Positions 1 to 13,026 of a stretch of DNA of 64,000 nucleotides are shown in pieces; within the stretch, counting starts at the first letter, position 1; each line of letters starts with the position of its first letter. The position numbers and the translations under genes were made by a program. Origin of the DNA: Octopus vulgaris (taxonomy: Eukaryota); contig OX597830.1 in assembly GCA_951406725.2 (NCBI GenBank), positions 62,806,001-62,870,000 on the forward strand. Direction: 5' to 3'. The notes below the pieces were generated by a model. That model was not told the DNA's origin, ran no database searches, and was given only the letters and a program-made list of their open reading frames with translations.

Positions 1-100
1 AGCCTACCACTTATTTTATTGGTCTCTCTTGCTGAACCACTAAGTTACAGGGGCGTAAACACACCAGCATCAGTTGTCATGCGATGTTGGGGGCACAAAT

Positions 101-161
<61 letters not shown>

Positions 162-336
162 TATATACATATGACGGGCTTCTTTCAGTTTCTGTCTACC
201 AAATCCACTCACAAAGCTTTGGTAGGCCCAAGGCTATAGTAGAAGATACTTGCCCAAGATGCCACACAGTGGGACTGAACCCAGAACCATGTGGTTGGTA
301 AGCAAGCTACTTACCACACAGCCACTCCTGCGCCTA
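1..336 (-). mobile_element. tRNA-derived SINE, family A (tRNA head + central domain + internal (TA)/(CA) microsatellite + tail), cut by window edge
   Basis: Reverse complement of GGCGCAGGAGTGGCTGTGTGGTAAG...GGTTCAGTCCC (A/B boxes), which recurs more than 15 times in the window. Confidence 0.85.
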
Positions 337-358
337 TGCACACAGCCACTCTTGTGCC

Positions 359-394
<36 letters not shown>

Positions 395-575
395 CATCAT
401 CATCATCATCAAACATCCTTTTTTTCCATGCTGGCATGGGTTGGATGGTTTGACTGAGAACTGGTAAGCTAGGGAGCTGCACCAGGTTCCAATCTGATTT
501 GGCATGGTTTCTATGGCTGGATGCCCTTCCTAACACCAACCAATCCAAGAGTGTAGTGGGTGCTTTTTATGTGCC
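395..575 (-). mobile_element. SINE family C 3' part with (GAT)n tail
   Basis: catcatc...ccatgctggcatgggttggatgg...ctggatgcccttcctaac motif, repeated at ~5320, 7555, 9325, 16277, 26453, 35140, 35820, 46730, 47025. Confidence 0.75.
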
Positions 576-1309
576 TCAATGGAGAGCTATACCTAAATCC
601 TCGTATCTTTCCTCTTCCTCACAGCAAAGCAATATCTCAGAAAGCCTTGCCAAGCCACCTCATGGTCCCAATGGACAAAACGGAAAAGGTCTTCCCCCAG
701 GGGATGACAAGGAAGATGCACTGGGACAGCCACTCTGACTCACGGCGTTCACATTTTCAGGCAGCCATCTCCACTCTGGTAGTGTTGAGCAGGGATGTAG
801 TCTGGAAGCCAAGAACACCAGAGGTCTCCACTGTCACAGGTTCAACCACAAACCTTTGACATTTTGCCCTTCTCTGCCTGACAAGCAGTGGAGCCCAGGC
901 TGGTCGATGAAAGCACCAAGTTGCAGCTGAAGAAATTGTCACAGTATGTGGAATCCCAGATGGACAATCAGTTCACTTGACAATTGTTTCTCTTCTATGA
1001 AGAGAACTATGGAAGCTCAGTGTCACCTTAATTACACATCGATTTATTACTCCTCTACTTGATTGTAAACAATACCTCTTATTTCTCTCTGATACATTTC
1101 CTAACATAGTCGTTTGCTTGATGTTTAGAAATTGCAATTTTACTGAGAAATAAAATATTTAAACCAGATACAATACTTATATTTTAGGTTTACCTACACA
1201 AGTATACCCCTTCCTTCTAACTTTGTTGCCTCACAACTTCTAGAAAAATAGGTATTATTCCATGAAATTTTCAGCAAATACATTTCAGGCCGTGTAAAAA
1301 GTGTAAACA

Positions 1310-1970
1310 CCTCCTTCGGTCATGAATGACCATGGGATTGCACCTAGAAAGTTCCCGTCCAAGGCACAAGTCTGGGCAAGATTGTTTATGGACGACCAGC
1401 TGTCACCCATTATATGTAAATAGGATGAAGGGTAAAGAGCCCCTTTGGTCATGAATGACCATGGGATTGCACCTAGAAAGATTCCCTCCAAGGCACAAGT
1501 CTGAGCAAGGTTGTTTATGGAAGACCAGCAGTCGCCCATGCATACCAGCCTCACCCTCTCCACACCATTATATGTACATAGGGTAAAGGGTAAAGACTGC
1601 CTTCGGTCATGAATGACCATGGGATTGCACTTAGAAAGTTTCCCTCCAAGGCGAGGTTGTTTATGGAAGACCAGCAGTTGTCCATGCATACCAACCTTCT
1701 CTCTCCACACCACCAATATTATTCAAGGGCCAATCAATACAGCTTGATTACTGATTATTAAGGGCCAATCAATACAGCTTGATTACAGATTATTAAGGGC
1801 CAATCAATACAGCTTGACTTCAATGATGTTGCAACTCATTCCTACAGCTGAGTGAACTGGAGCAATGTGAAAATAAAGTGTCTTGCTCAAGAAAACACAC
1901 ACAGCCTGATCCGGAAATCAAACTCACTACCTTATGATTGTATGCCTGACAGTCTTACCACTGAGCCATG
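1310..1970 (-). mobile_element. SINE family D with triplicated 3' segment and a 35-bp x3 internal tandem repeat (1725-1818)
   Basis: cttcggtcatgaatgaccatgggattgcacctagaaag occurs three times; homologous copies at 16694-17028 (-) and 58285-58585 (+). Confidence 0.75.
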
Positions 1971-3545
1971 CATGGCTATATCAGAATTTAATATGAAACA
2001 AAATTGGTAGACTCGTACACATACATACTGACACACATCAACATATATCTATAAAATGAAACTTGAAATTTTTTTAAAATCTTAATCCCCTGAAAATCTA
2101 TTTACTGTTCACCTAACACTCAAGGATGCAAGCACAGAAGTTCTGGGCCCTGAGAATGGGGCAAAAATGCTGCAGTTTTTGCCATCTGGCCATTGTCACC
2201 AACTTTTGTTCTGCTCCTATCTCCTCCAAAACTGGTTCATTCTATCTGTAAGCCATGGACTATATGTACCCCTAATTTTAATCTTGATATTATTGAAAGA
2301 AAAAGAAAATAAAGATGCCTTTTACAAGTTCTGTGGTATCATGACAACCCCATACTTTTCATATAGCTAAAACCTCAGCCAATTAGAAACAACCTCTAAA
2401 TCTGCCTCAGATAATATGCTACCCTCTTACAAATGGTATGTCATACAAAATAATGGAGTCCAAAATATCTGAAAATAAGATGGGATGGTCATGGGTGGTC
2501 TATGCTTTCTTATTGGGCTGATTATTCAGAGCTCACTTGGAGTCAAATAACAATAACAAGAGCAATTTTTTTTATAAAGGTTGCATTTCTTTCTATATTA
2601 ATGCCACAAGCTACTTCAGCCCAGAACAGCTGCTAAGCATTTACAATGGTAAAGTACACTTCACTGCAAAGTTATCTTCTGAATTATGCACCAATCAAAC
2701 TTGCATGCATTCTTGAAAAACATCCAAAATAAAGTCAAGATGTTGCTTGTCTGTTAGTCAAGATATTGATCTATTGATCTGATAGTGAAGATGTTTGCCT
2801 GGTAGTCAATAGATCTATTATCTACTCAAGATTTTCATTTTCTTGAGCCCTCAGACTCATAAGGTCAATTGCCCAGTTTCTATGATATATAAGTGAATTG
2901 GATGTTCTTCCATTGCAGGGTTCAACACCAGCAATTTTTGAGAAGAGACAAGTCAATTACATTAATTCCAGTACTTGACTGGTACTTTATTTTATTGATC
3001 TTAAATGAATGAAAGGTAGAGTCGACCTCAGCAGGATTTGAACTCAGAATGTAATGCCATTTAATGGCACTTTATCTGAAATGTAAACAATTCTATCAGT
3101 TCACCATCTTGCTCTCAAGATATCTGTCAGATAATAGTTTCATAACTACTTCAACAAATAAGGTGATATTTGTGTTCTCTAATGAAGCCACAACAATACC
3201 AAAACATATTTAAAGTTGTCTCCCTTACTTGCCAAAAGAATTATAATAATATTAGACACTGACTAATTGCTGGCAGTAATTTTGTTCTTTAATACTTTTG
3301 GATTTTATCTTTAAAGACATCTTAATTCTCTAATGATGCTGCTGTTGAAAAGCTGAATGAGATGTTAGATGAAGTAAAAGAATAGTCATTCATTTTCACT
3401 TCATCATATATTTAAAGTTAAAAGCTTGTCCTGGATCTAACAGTCCAACAAAAAGAAACAACTGAATAATGTTGGAAAATTTTATTGATAGTAGTTTTAT
3501 GTGTTAAGAAGCAAGAATATGACTATGAAAGTGGCAACTGTGCAA

Positions 3546-3709
3546 GCGCAGGAGTGGCTGTGTGGTAATTAGCTTGCTAACCAACCACATGGTTCCAGGT
3601 TCAGTCCCACTGCATGGCATCTTGGGCAAGTGTCTTCTGCTACAGCCCCGGGCCGACCAACGCCTTGTGAGTGGATTTGGTAGATGGGAACTGAAAGAAG
3701 CTTGTCGTA

Positions 3710-3774
<65 letters not shown>

Positions 3775-3983
3775 TTGTGTGTCTGTGTTTGTCCCCATAG
3801 CATTGTTTGACAACCGATGCTGGTGTGTTTACGTCCCCGTCACTTAGCAGTTCGGCAAAAGAGACCGATAGAATAAGTACTGGGCTTACAAAGAATAAGT
3901 CCCGGGGTCGATTTGCTCGACTAAAGGCGGTGCTCCAGTATGGCCGCAGTCAAATGACTGAAACAAGTAAAAGAGTAAAAGAG
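3546..3983 (+). mobile_element. Full-length SINE family A
   Basis: tRNA-like head, gggcaagtgtcttct central motif, (TA)n, tail ending in gtaaaagagtaaaagag. Confidence 0.9.
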
Positions 3984-4199
3984 TATACAATTCTTTTTAC
4001 AGTTCAGCCTTTTATCAGTCAGAATTGTGAGGACAAGAATTTGCCTGTCATTACACTTCACTGCTTACATCATTAACCTCCTGACTTATACATTGTCTGT
4101 GTGTTTCTATAAAACTGCTTTCTTTTAACATACCTTGGAACAACTCTGAATGAACAGATCTATGGTGATGTCATCACTTGAAAATCTGGGAGATATTTA

Positions 4200-5185
4200 C
4201 AAGAGTAGGTGAAAAGCTCTTGGGGGTCACTATGAAGGAGTAATGCTAGAGCTGTGAAATCTTGCATGCGTTAATTTCAACTCTTCTTCTTAATAATTTG
4301 CATTTGTTTCTTTCTGGGTAAACTGACATCCGACTGTTCAAAGAAGACTTCAAAAGTAACTAGTAGTTATTTCTTACGAAAATGGACAAAATTTGGTATC
4401 GCCATGTTATCAAGTACCTGCAGAAAAAGGGGTTTACTTCCACCCCACACACAAGGACATTCATGCTGACATGGCTACTACATTAGGAGACGGACACTCC
4501 AGATTTATCAACAGTGCAAAAGTGAGCAGCCAAATTTTCGTAGGTGAAGGGAGAGTCTTGAAGATGGCCCAACATCTGGACGCCCTGCAACTGCCACCAC
4601 CGAGGAAAACATTGATTGTGTTCACCACATGGTGATTGGTAACAAATGATTGACTATAAATCAAATAGCCAATGCTATTAGCACATCTTTTACAGATTCC
4701 ATGGACAGCGAGGCTCACCAATGGAGAAGTTCTTAAGCAGATCAGGCCGAAAATGTCGCTAGAAGCTAGGATCACCAAGCATAGATTGACATATTTCGGT
4801 CATATTATGTGGAGAAAATCCCTGGAGAAGGACATCATGCTCGGAATGGTCAGTGGCAAGAGAGGAAGAGGCCGACCAAGAACCAGCTGGCTTGTCACCA
4901 TCAAGAGTGATACCATAATGGACATAGCCAATCTGAAAGAAGTGGCCCAGGATAGAACTGACTGGAGGACACTGATCCAATGAGTAATCGAGAGTCGACT
5001 TCGACTGAGCAGATAGATAGATAGATTAGCACATCCCTTGAGAGACTTGAGAATGTTCCGCACAATGAACTTGGTACAATAAAGGTTTCTGTTCAGTGGG
5101 TACCACGTCTTCTGAGACCTGATCAAAAGCATACCAGGCTGATCACATCACAGGAACATCTGATATTGTTTGAGGCAGATCCCTG
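4200..5185 (+). mobile_element. Degenerate mariner 5' part, interrupted by an RTE LINE
   Basis: Fragmented translation VIKYLQKKG...KDIHADMATTLGD...EENIDCVHHM...HNELG...WVPRLL resembles a mariner HTH region. Confidence 0.75.
4688..5024 (+). mobile_element. 5'-truncated RTE-clade LINE (ORF C-terminus, (AGAT)n tail) with 11-bp TSD
   Basis: LQIPWTARLTNGEVL...RLTYFGHIM...GKRGRGRPRTSW...AQDRTDWR; TSD attagcacatc at 4677-4687 and 5025-5035. Confidence 0.9.
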
Positions 5186-5499
5186 AAAGAATGAAAGGCA
5201 AAATGAACTTCGGTGGAATTTGAACTCAGAACGTATAGACGGATGAAACGCCACTAAGTGTTTTGTCTGGCAAGTTAACAATTCTGCTACTTTACTGCAT
5301 TTGATGATGATGATGATAATCATCATCATCATCATCATCGTTTAACGTATGCTTTCCATGCTAGCATGGGTTGGACGATTTGACTGAGGACTGGCGAACC
5401 AGATGGCTGCACCAGGCTCCAATCTAATCTGTCAGAGTTTCTACAGTTGGATGCCCTTCCTAATGCCAACCACTCCCAGAGTGTAGATAATGATAATAA

Positions 5500-6135
5500 T
5501 AATCCTTTCTAGTATAGGCACAAGGCCTGAAATTTGGGAAAAGAGGATAGTCGATAACATTCACCTCGGTATTCAACTGGTACTTATTTAATTGACCCCA
5601 AAAAGATGAAAGGCAAAGTCAACCCTTGCAGAGACGAAATACCACTAAGCATTTCACCAAGCGTGCTAATGGTTCTGCCAGCTTGCCACCTAAATAATCC
5701 TTTCTACTATAGGCCTGAAATTTGGGGAGGGGGATAGTCAATAACATTGACCCCAGTATTCAACTGGTACTTATTTTATTGACCCCAAAAGGATGAAAGG
5801 CAAAGTCAACCCCTGCAGAATTTGAACTCAGAATGTTAAGAGAGACGAAATACCATTAAGCTTTTCACCCAGCATGCTAACGTTTCTGCCAGCTCACTGC
5901 CTTAGTAATGATAATAATAATGGTTTCAAATTTTGGTACAAGGCCAGTAATTTTAGGAGAGGGGGTTAGTCAATTAAATCAACCTCCATGCTTGACTGGT
6001 ACTTATTTTATCAACCCTGAAAGGATGAAAAGGTACAGTCGACCTTGGCAGAATTTGAACTCAGAATGAAAAGATAAACGAAATGGCACTAAGTGTTTTG
6101 TTTGGCATGAAACAAATCTGCCAGCTCATTGCCTT
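5500..6135 (-). mobile_element. Tandem cluster of three SINE family B copies
   Basis: Repeated ctggtacttattttattgacccc...ggatgaaaggcaaagtcaacc...gaatttgaactcagaa; central motif resembles Meta/Sauria-type SINE domains (assignment unverified). Confidence 0.75.
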
Positions 6136-6799
6136 TGACGATGATGATGATGACAATGGCGGCAGTGGTGACACCGCTGATAATTATTAAACAGGATGTT
6201 CATAACTAGAATTCCTTTGATTGCAAATCTGCTCAATCAAGTCTGACCTGTGGTTAAACAACAACAACAAAAATAGCGGGGTGGGGGGTTAAAATACCAC
6301 TATACAAATACTATTTTCATAATTTTGTTTAATTCCTCCCAGAAATCATCTGTTTGTCTTTCTTTATATACAATCAGCACATTTTACTAAGTTCAAACTA
6401 GTTTTTTTGCTATTTCAAAATTTCTAGATTGCAGCTGTGGCAAATTCTAGCCCCAACTCTAACTTGTTTGATATATTTAGTGAAGGAAATACATTGTGTC
6501 AACATCAGACTTTATGTAAAATGATATCATATCTAAAGCAGAATTGTTTCAAATCTTACTTTTTTTTGTTGTTTTTGGTTTTCATTGTTTGCTTCTAGTT
6601 TTGTTTTTTTTTTCTAGTTTTATCTTTCCATAGAGAACTTATCAGTAATTGTCGACTTCACTGAATATGATAAACTATCTGTCTGTTTTATCTGTTTCTT
6701 TCCCTCTCTTTCTCTCTCTTTATGTATGTATGTGTGTGTATGTGTGCATGCGTGTGTGTGTGTGTGTGTGTATATATACACACACATATATACATACTT

Positions 6800-7549
6800 A
6801 AAGTAATGACTTTTTGCGAACATAATGTGGCAGTCCCAGGATGAGAAGAATGTTACTGTTATTTAGCCCCGGGGAAACATCGTTTCTAGCTGGCTATACG
6901 ACACATAAAAAATTGTGTGTCCTTATATTTTTCAAATAGGGGAGATCATCACCTCCACTCGGCACGACTTTTCATCCACAGACTTGTTTCTGGGTTATTG
7001 CTTTTATCAGCGTGGAGTAGCTTGGTTGGTTAGATGTCGCTGCTGAACTGCTGTAGAAAATATATAGATTTTTTAAAGTAACACACAGTCACTGATCTAC
7101 AAAATAGAAATATTATTTCTAAATCTCTCAAAGAGAGATATACAGTAACAGCACCATAAAGTAATGACTTTTTGTGAACATAATGTGGCAGTTCCAGGAT
7201 GGGATGAATGTTGCTGTTATTCAACCCCAGGAAACATCATTTCCAGCTGGCTATATGACCCAAAAAATTCTGTGTCCTTATATTTTCAAACAGGGGAGAT
7301 CAGTACCTCCACTCAGCACAACTTTGCATCAGTGGACATTTATTTCTGGGTTATTGTCCTTTATCAGCATGAAGTAGCTTGGTTGACTAGATGTCACTAC
7401 TGAACTGCTGTCGAAAATATAAGAACACAGAATTTTTTATGTCATATAGCCAACTGGAAACGATGTTTCCTGGGGCTAAATAACAGTAACATTCATCCCA
7501 TCCTGGGACTGCCTCATTAAGATGGCAATAAATCATTACTTTATTGTGC
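6800..7549. mobile_element. MITE-like element with ~125-bp TIRs (7151-7549) preceded by a truncated tandem copy (6800-7065)
   Basis: ataaagtaatga...gcagttccaggatgggatgaatg is inverted as cattcatcccatcctgggactgc...tcattactttat; direct repeat upstream. Confidence 0.75.
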
Positions 7550-7554
7550 ACTTT

Positions 7555-8075
7555 CCATACATGAGTTGGACGATTTTGACTGAGGGCTGGTGAACCAGAT
7601 AGCTGCACCAGGCTCCAATCTTGATCTGGCAGAGTTTCTACTGCTGGATGCCCTTCCTAACGCTAACCACTCCGAAAGTGTAGTGGGTGTTTTTTATGTG
7701 CCACCGACACGGGAGCCAGTCAGGCAGTACTGGCAACGACTTCGCTCAAATCTTTTTACACATGCCACCAGCACAGGTGCCAGTAAGGCGTGGCTGGTAA
7801 CGATCACACTCGAATGGTGCCTTTTATGTGCCACTGGCACGGAAGCCAGTTGGCCGCTCTGGCAATGATCACGATCAGATGGTGCTCTTAGCTCCCTACT
7901 AGCATGGGCACAAGTGCCAGTAAGGTGATGCTGGTAACGATTACACTCGAATGGTGCCTTTTACGTGCCACCGGCATGGAAGACAGTTAGCTGCTCTGGC
8001 AACGATCACGATCAGATGGTGCTCTTTGCACCCCGCTAGCACGGATGCCAGTCATCGAATTTGATTTTGATTTTG
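7555..8075 (-). mobile_element. SINE family C with internal ~58-bp tandem repeats
   Basis: Repeated gtgccaccagcac...ctggcaacgatcacactcgaatggtgc units; similar copy at 9325-9805. Confidence 0.7.
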
Positions 8076-8552
8076 ATCTGATTTCACTTGCCTCAACAGG
8101 TCTTTGCAAGCAGAGTTTAGTGTCCAAAGAAGGAAAATGTATGCATAAGTGGGCTGGTTACGCTCCTGGCATAGGCCACGAGATTATGTGTCTGTGTTTG
8201 TCCTCTTGCCATCGCTTGACAACCGATGTTAATGTACTTATATCCCCGTAACTTAGTGGTTCAGCAAAAGAATAAAATAGAATAAGTACAAGGCTTACAA
8301 AGTTCAAACCTGAAGTGAATTTTGACTTACTGTTTTCAAGAAAATAAAATTCCTGAGAAGTTCTAAGACTAATATTTATATTCTTATATAAACATTTTGA
8401 ATGTGAAAAAAATTATATAAGAAAACTAAGGCTTCCACCCAAGATGTTCTCTTTTGCGGCTGATTCTAGATAAATTTTTCACATTGTCTGGCTTTTGACC
8501 TCCATAACTGTACATAATTTTCGTTTCCTGTATCAGACAGATATCTCTGATC

Positions 8553-8855
8553 TGTTGTTGTTGTTGCTGCTGCTGTTGTTGGTCTTGTTACTGTTGTTTT
8601 TATTATTGGTGCGGCTGTTGCTGCTACTGCTGTTGTTGTTGTTGTTGTTGGTGGTGGTCGTGTTGCTGTTGTTTTTGTTGTTGTTGATAGTGGTGGTGGT
8701 GGTGGTGATGGTGGTGGTGGTGGTGATGGTGGTGGTGGTAATGGTAGCTGTCGTGGTGGTGGTCTTGTTGCTGCTGTTGCTGCTGTTGTTGTCATCGTCA
8801 TCGTCGGTGGTGGTGGTGGTGGTCTTGCTACTGTTGTTGTTTTCGTTGTTGCTAC
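8553..8855. repeat. Compound (GTT)/(GCT)/(GGT) microsatellite
   Basis: Direct reading. Confidence 0.9.
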
Positions 8856-9310
8856 CATGGGTGTTGTAGCTGTACAACCCTAAGTCATTTCTGATTGAAC
8901 ATAACCTACAGCAAGCAGTTGGTCTTATTGTATTTGGATTTGGCAGAGGTTTTGATGGAAATTTACCACTGATATTCCTTACATTGGAATACATAAATGT
9001 ATTTTTGGAATATTTATCCCAGACAAAGGTCTTCTGATAGACAATGGCGTATTATTTTTAGGAACAGCATCATGCCACACAGAAGCATTATTGAATGCCT
9101 GCTCCTAATTGCATATTCTGTATTCCGACCTCCGCAGCAGAGAGTAATGACCTCCATGCCACAGGGCAAAATTTTAATTGTTTACTCTCTGGCAGTCTGG
9201 CAGAATTGTTAGCCCATCAAACAAAATGTTTAGCAGCACTTCTTCAAGCTCTGTATGTTCTGAGTTCAAATCCTACCATCGTCTACTTTGCCTTTCATCC
9301 CACCACCACC

Positions 9311-9343
<33 letters not shown>

Positions 9344-10511
9344 GTTTAACGTCTGCTTTCCATGCTAGCATGGGTTGGACGATTTGACTGAGGTCTGACG
9401 AACCAGATGGCTGCATCAGGCTCCAATCTGATCTGGCAGAGTTTCTACAGCTGGATGCCCTTCCTAACGCCAACCACTCTGAGAGTGTAGTGGGTGCTTT
9501 TACATGCCACCAGCACGAGGGCCAGTCAGGCGGTACTGGCAACGGTCATGCTCAAATGGTGCTTTTTATGTACCACCTGCACAGGAGCCAGTCCAGTGGC
9601 ACTGGCAACAACCACGCTCGAATGTTTTTTCACATGCCACCAGCACAAGTTCCAGTTAGGCGACGCAGGTAACAATCACGCTCGAATGGTGCTTTTTATG
9701 TGCCACCGGCATGGAGGGCAGCTTGTTGCTCTAGCAACGATCATGCTCGTATGGTACTTTTAGCGGTCCACTAGCACAGATGCCAGTCATCGAATTTGAT
9801 TTCAATGAAGAACCAGTTAAGTACTAAAGTTGAGTTGATGTAACTGACTGGTTCCCTCATTGGCCTTGAACCCTACAATTGACAAGCATCCCTTTCAGGG
9901 GTATATGGTAATCTTGGTTACTTATACCCCATGGAAACCAGGAAACCAGCTTTATGAATCCTTAGACTCAGGAAGAATATTAAAAAAAACCTTTTTTACC
10001 ATTTTACTAGGCCAATGAGAGAGCAAGTACCTCTCAGTCATGTACTGGTTATATAAATAGAACCCAAAGGTCTCTCTCCAGCTTCACTCCACTTTACCTG
10101 GCTGAACTCAGCAAGGGCAGAAGGGTTTTATTTGAAGAAATTAACTGCAGTATTTATGTTTTTTTGAAGCCTGTACATATTCTATTGGTCTCTTTTGCTA
10201 AACTGCTAAATTACAAGGGACATAAACAAACCAATCCTGAGCATCAAGTGGGAGTAGGTATGACACAAATACACACACACACATCTGTTTACATAACAGG
10301 CTTCCTCACAGTTTCTCACAAGGCATTGGTCAGACTGGAGCTATAGCAGTAGACACTTGCTCAAGGTGCTGTGCAGTGGAACTGAACCCAAAACCACATG
10401 GTAGCAAAGTGAGCTTCTTAATTACACAGCCAAACCTGCACCTAATACAAACGAGATAAATGAAGACTGATTGGTTGAAAGTTTTTTATGTCATATAACA
10501 ATAGTACATAC

Positions 10512-10673
10512 CTTGAGAAGAGATGGTCACGTGTCATTTTGAAGTTAAGCTACTGGAGTTAATGACAGGTGACCTTTTTACTAATTCTGACACTAATTAC
10601 ATTTGGTAATTCTATAACCTTTGAACTTAACTAATTCCGTAATTAGATGTGACCTCTTTTAATTGGACGGGAT
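10512..10673 (-). other. Putative spliced exon (non-coding/5'UTR, possible start ATG near its end: MTRDHLFS)
   Basis: Minus strand: long polypyrimidine tract ttttttcttcttttttag| acceptor and AAG|GTATGT donor; 162 nt of apparently unique sequence with stops in all frames before the ATG. Confidence 0.45.
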
Positions 10674-10818
10674 CTAAAAAAAGAAGAAAAAATAAACGTT
10701 GATAACCAAAACATTGATGACAAGTACTATAGCATCATTGTCACAGAGCAGAAATTGTACATAGGCGTAGGAGTGGCTGTGTGGTAAGTAGCTTGCTTAC
10801 CAGGATGCAAAGGATTTA

Positions 10819-10905
10819 GCGGTACATATGTTTCTGGCTTTATTAGACAGTTTATATCAATGCATAATTGATGTAATATGTATGTCAAAAGCCTTCTTCA
10901 GCCGC
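10819..10905 (-). ncRNA. Type I hammerhead ribozyme motif with long stem II
   Basis: Minus strand: GCGG-CUGAAGA-A-GGCUUU...AAAGCC-A-GAAA-CAUAUG-UA-CCGC; stem I GCGG/CCGC, palindromic stem III, GUA triplet. Confidence 0.8.
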
Positions 10906-11066
10906 GTACAATTACCACACCAAAGACATGTATTAAATTATAGCAGGTTTGAGAAGTTTGGGAAAAATACGGGTTTCGTTGGGGATGCAAATCCTCATAG
11001 TTGTATACAGCAGAGCGAGAAACCAAAACAAAAACAAAGCATCCATACCGTTTTTCACTCAATGTA

Positions 11067-11117
<51 letters not shown>

Positions 11118-11118
<1 letters not shown>

Positions 11119-12410
11119 GAGGGACGTTCAATAAGTAATGCCTCTGACCCACTTGCAGTTGTTTGATCTAGCTGAAACTTTGTATGTGCAATCATTTATA
11201 TCTCTATAGAGTAAGTGGCAAATTACAGCACTGAATTAATTGTGGTTTCTGATTTACAGGTGTTTGAACCGAGTCAAGTGTTAAATGGAGCCTGTTGAGT
11301 GTCGAGCAGTGATCCGGTTTTTGTATTTGAAAGGACGCACACCACGGGAGACTTTTGATGAAATGAAAGTAACTTATGGTGATGATGCCCCATCATATGA
11401 CCTTGTAAAACGCTGGCATCGTGAATTCAAACATGGTCGGAACTCTGTGGAAACAGCTCCCAGATCTGGTCGCCCCCTTCTGCCATTGATGAGGCATCTG
11501 TCCGTCAAGTTGAGGCTGCCATTTTGGAAGATCGACGCATAACTATTCGCCAAATAGCCCATGAGGTCAAGATTAGTACCGGGTCTGTGGAAACTATCAT
11601 TCATGACCATTTGCATATGCAAAAGGTATCTGCCAGATGGATTCCCAGGTTGCTCACGCCTTTCCAGAAGCAAGAACGCGTCGAGTGCTCGAGGATGAAT
11701 TTGGAGATGTGCCAAGAAGATGAGTCAAAATTTTTCAAAAGACTGATTACACAGGATGAAACCTGGGTCCATCAATCATGATGATCCAGAGACCAAAGCC
11801 CAGTCAATGCAGTGGAAGCACCGTGACTCAGCCCCTCCAAAGAAGGCAAGGATGCAGCCCTCCGCTGGCAAGGTCATGCTCACAGTCTTCTGGGACCAGG
11901 ACGGAGTAGTGATAACAGATTTCCTGGCAAAGGGTACCACAATTGCAGGAGCCTATTATGCTTCACTTTTGAGGAAATTAAGAGAAGTTATCAAAATCAA
12001 GAGGTGGGGCAAGATCAGCAAAGGCATCCTCCTCCTGCAGGACAACGCTCCGGTCCACAACTCGCTTGTCGCCAGATCAGAAGCACAGGCGTATGGCTAT
12101 GAACTCCTCCCCCATCCCCCTACTTTCCTGACCTTGCACCCTCTGATTTTCACCTCTTCCCAGTCATGAAGTTGTTTTTGAAAGGAAAGCGTTTCCCAGA
12201 TGATGCAGCCTTGATTTCTGAAGTTGCGTTCAGGTTGGAGTACCAAGCTGGGGTCTTCTATAAAAACGGTCTCCAGAGCTGCATCAAACAATGGGAGAAA
12301 TGCGTAACTCTGGGTGGTTCCTATGTAGAAAAAGACTAATACTGTGCCAAATTTCGTTGCTCTACTGCTATGGGAAGTGGGTCAGGGGCATTACTTATTG
12401 AACGCCCCTC

Positions 12411-12411
<1 letters not shown>
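11118..12411 (+). mobile_element. Full-length mariner DNA transposon (1294 bp, irritans-like)
   Basis: TIRs cgagggacgttcaataagtaatgcctctgacccactt / aagtgggtcaggggcattacttattgaacgcccctcg, TA on both sides within (TA)n. Confidence 0.95.
11285..12338 (+). pseudogene. Frameshifted mariner (DD34D-type) transposase
   Basis: RAVIRFL...RSGRP, WIPRLL, ITQDETWVH, LLQDNAPVH and a frameshifted YxPDLAPSDFHLF motif spread over several frames. Confidence 0.9.
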
Positions 12412-12462
<51 letters not shown>

Positions 12463-12729
12463 GTATATATATATCTATGTATGTGTGTGTATATGTTTGT
12501 GTGTCTGTGTTTGATGTAAATAGGATTAATCATGCAAAATACTTATGTATGTATGTATGTATCTATATAACAAGCTTCTTTCAGTTACCAAAACCACTTA
12601 CAAGGCTTTGGTTGGCCTAAGACTATAATAGAAGACACTTGCCCAAGGTGCCATGCAGTGGGACTGAACTCAGAACCATGTGGTTGGAAAGAGCTATTGG
12701 AGCTAATCTAATCAATTAGTTTCACACAA

Positions 12730-13026
12730 GGTATTAAAACCAGATGTTAGATAACAGTACAGATAAATAACACTGTATGCTCTTTAGAAATGGCAGGAAT
12801 CCTGAAGTATTCTTGCTATCTCTGAAGAGCATGCAGTATTACTTAATTGTGCTGTTATCAATCGGTTTTGTTCTGGGAGTTAAAACCAAATGTTAGATAA
12901 CAGCACATTTAAATAATATTGAGCAGTCTTCAGAGATAGCAGGAATCCTGCAATATTCCTGCCATCTCTGAAGAGCATGCAATATTAATTATCCATGCTG
13001 TTATCTAACATATGGTTTCTATACCC
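12730..13026. repeat. Tandem pair of ~135-bp palindromic (hairpin) units
   Basis: Each unit reads aaaacc..tgttagataacag...gcaggaat-loop-attc.tgc...ctgttatc...ggttt; units at 12736-12869 and 12882-13018. Confidence 0.8.

Noticed and set aside
575-1020. GC-richer segment with a 99-aa ORF
   Set aside because: No identifiable homology; probably a decayed repeat, cannot be supported
7690-8050. Regularly spaced repeats resembling a CRISPR array
   Set aside because: Eukaryotic context; whole units are homologous with no unique spacers; internal SINE tandem repeat
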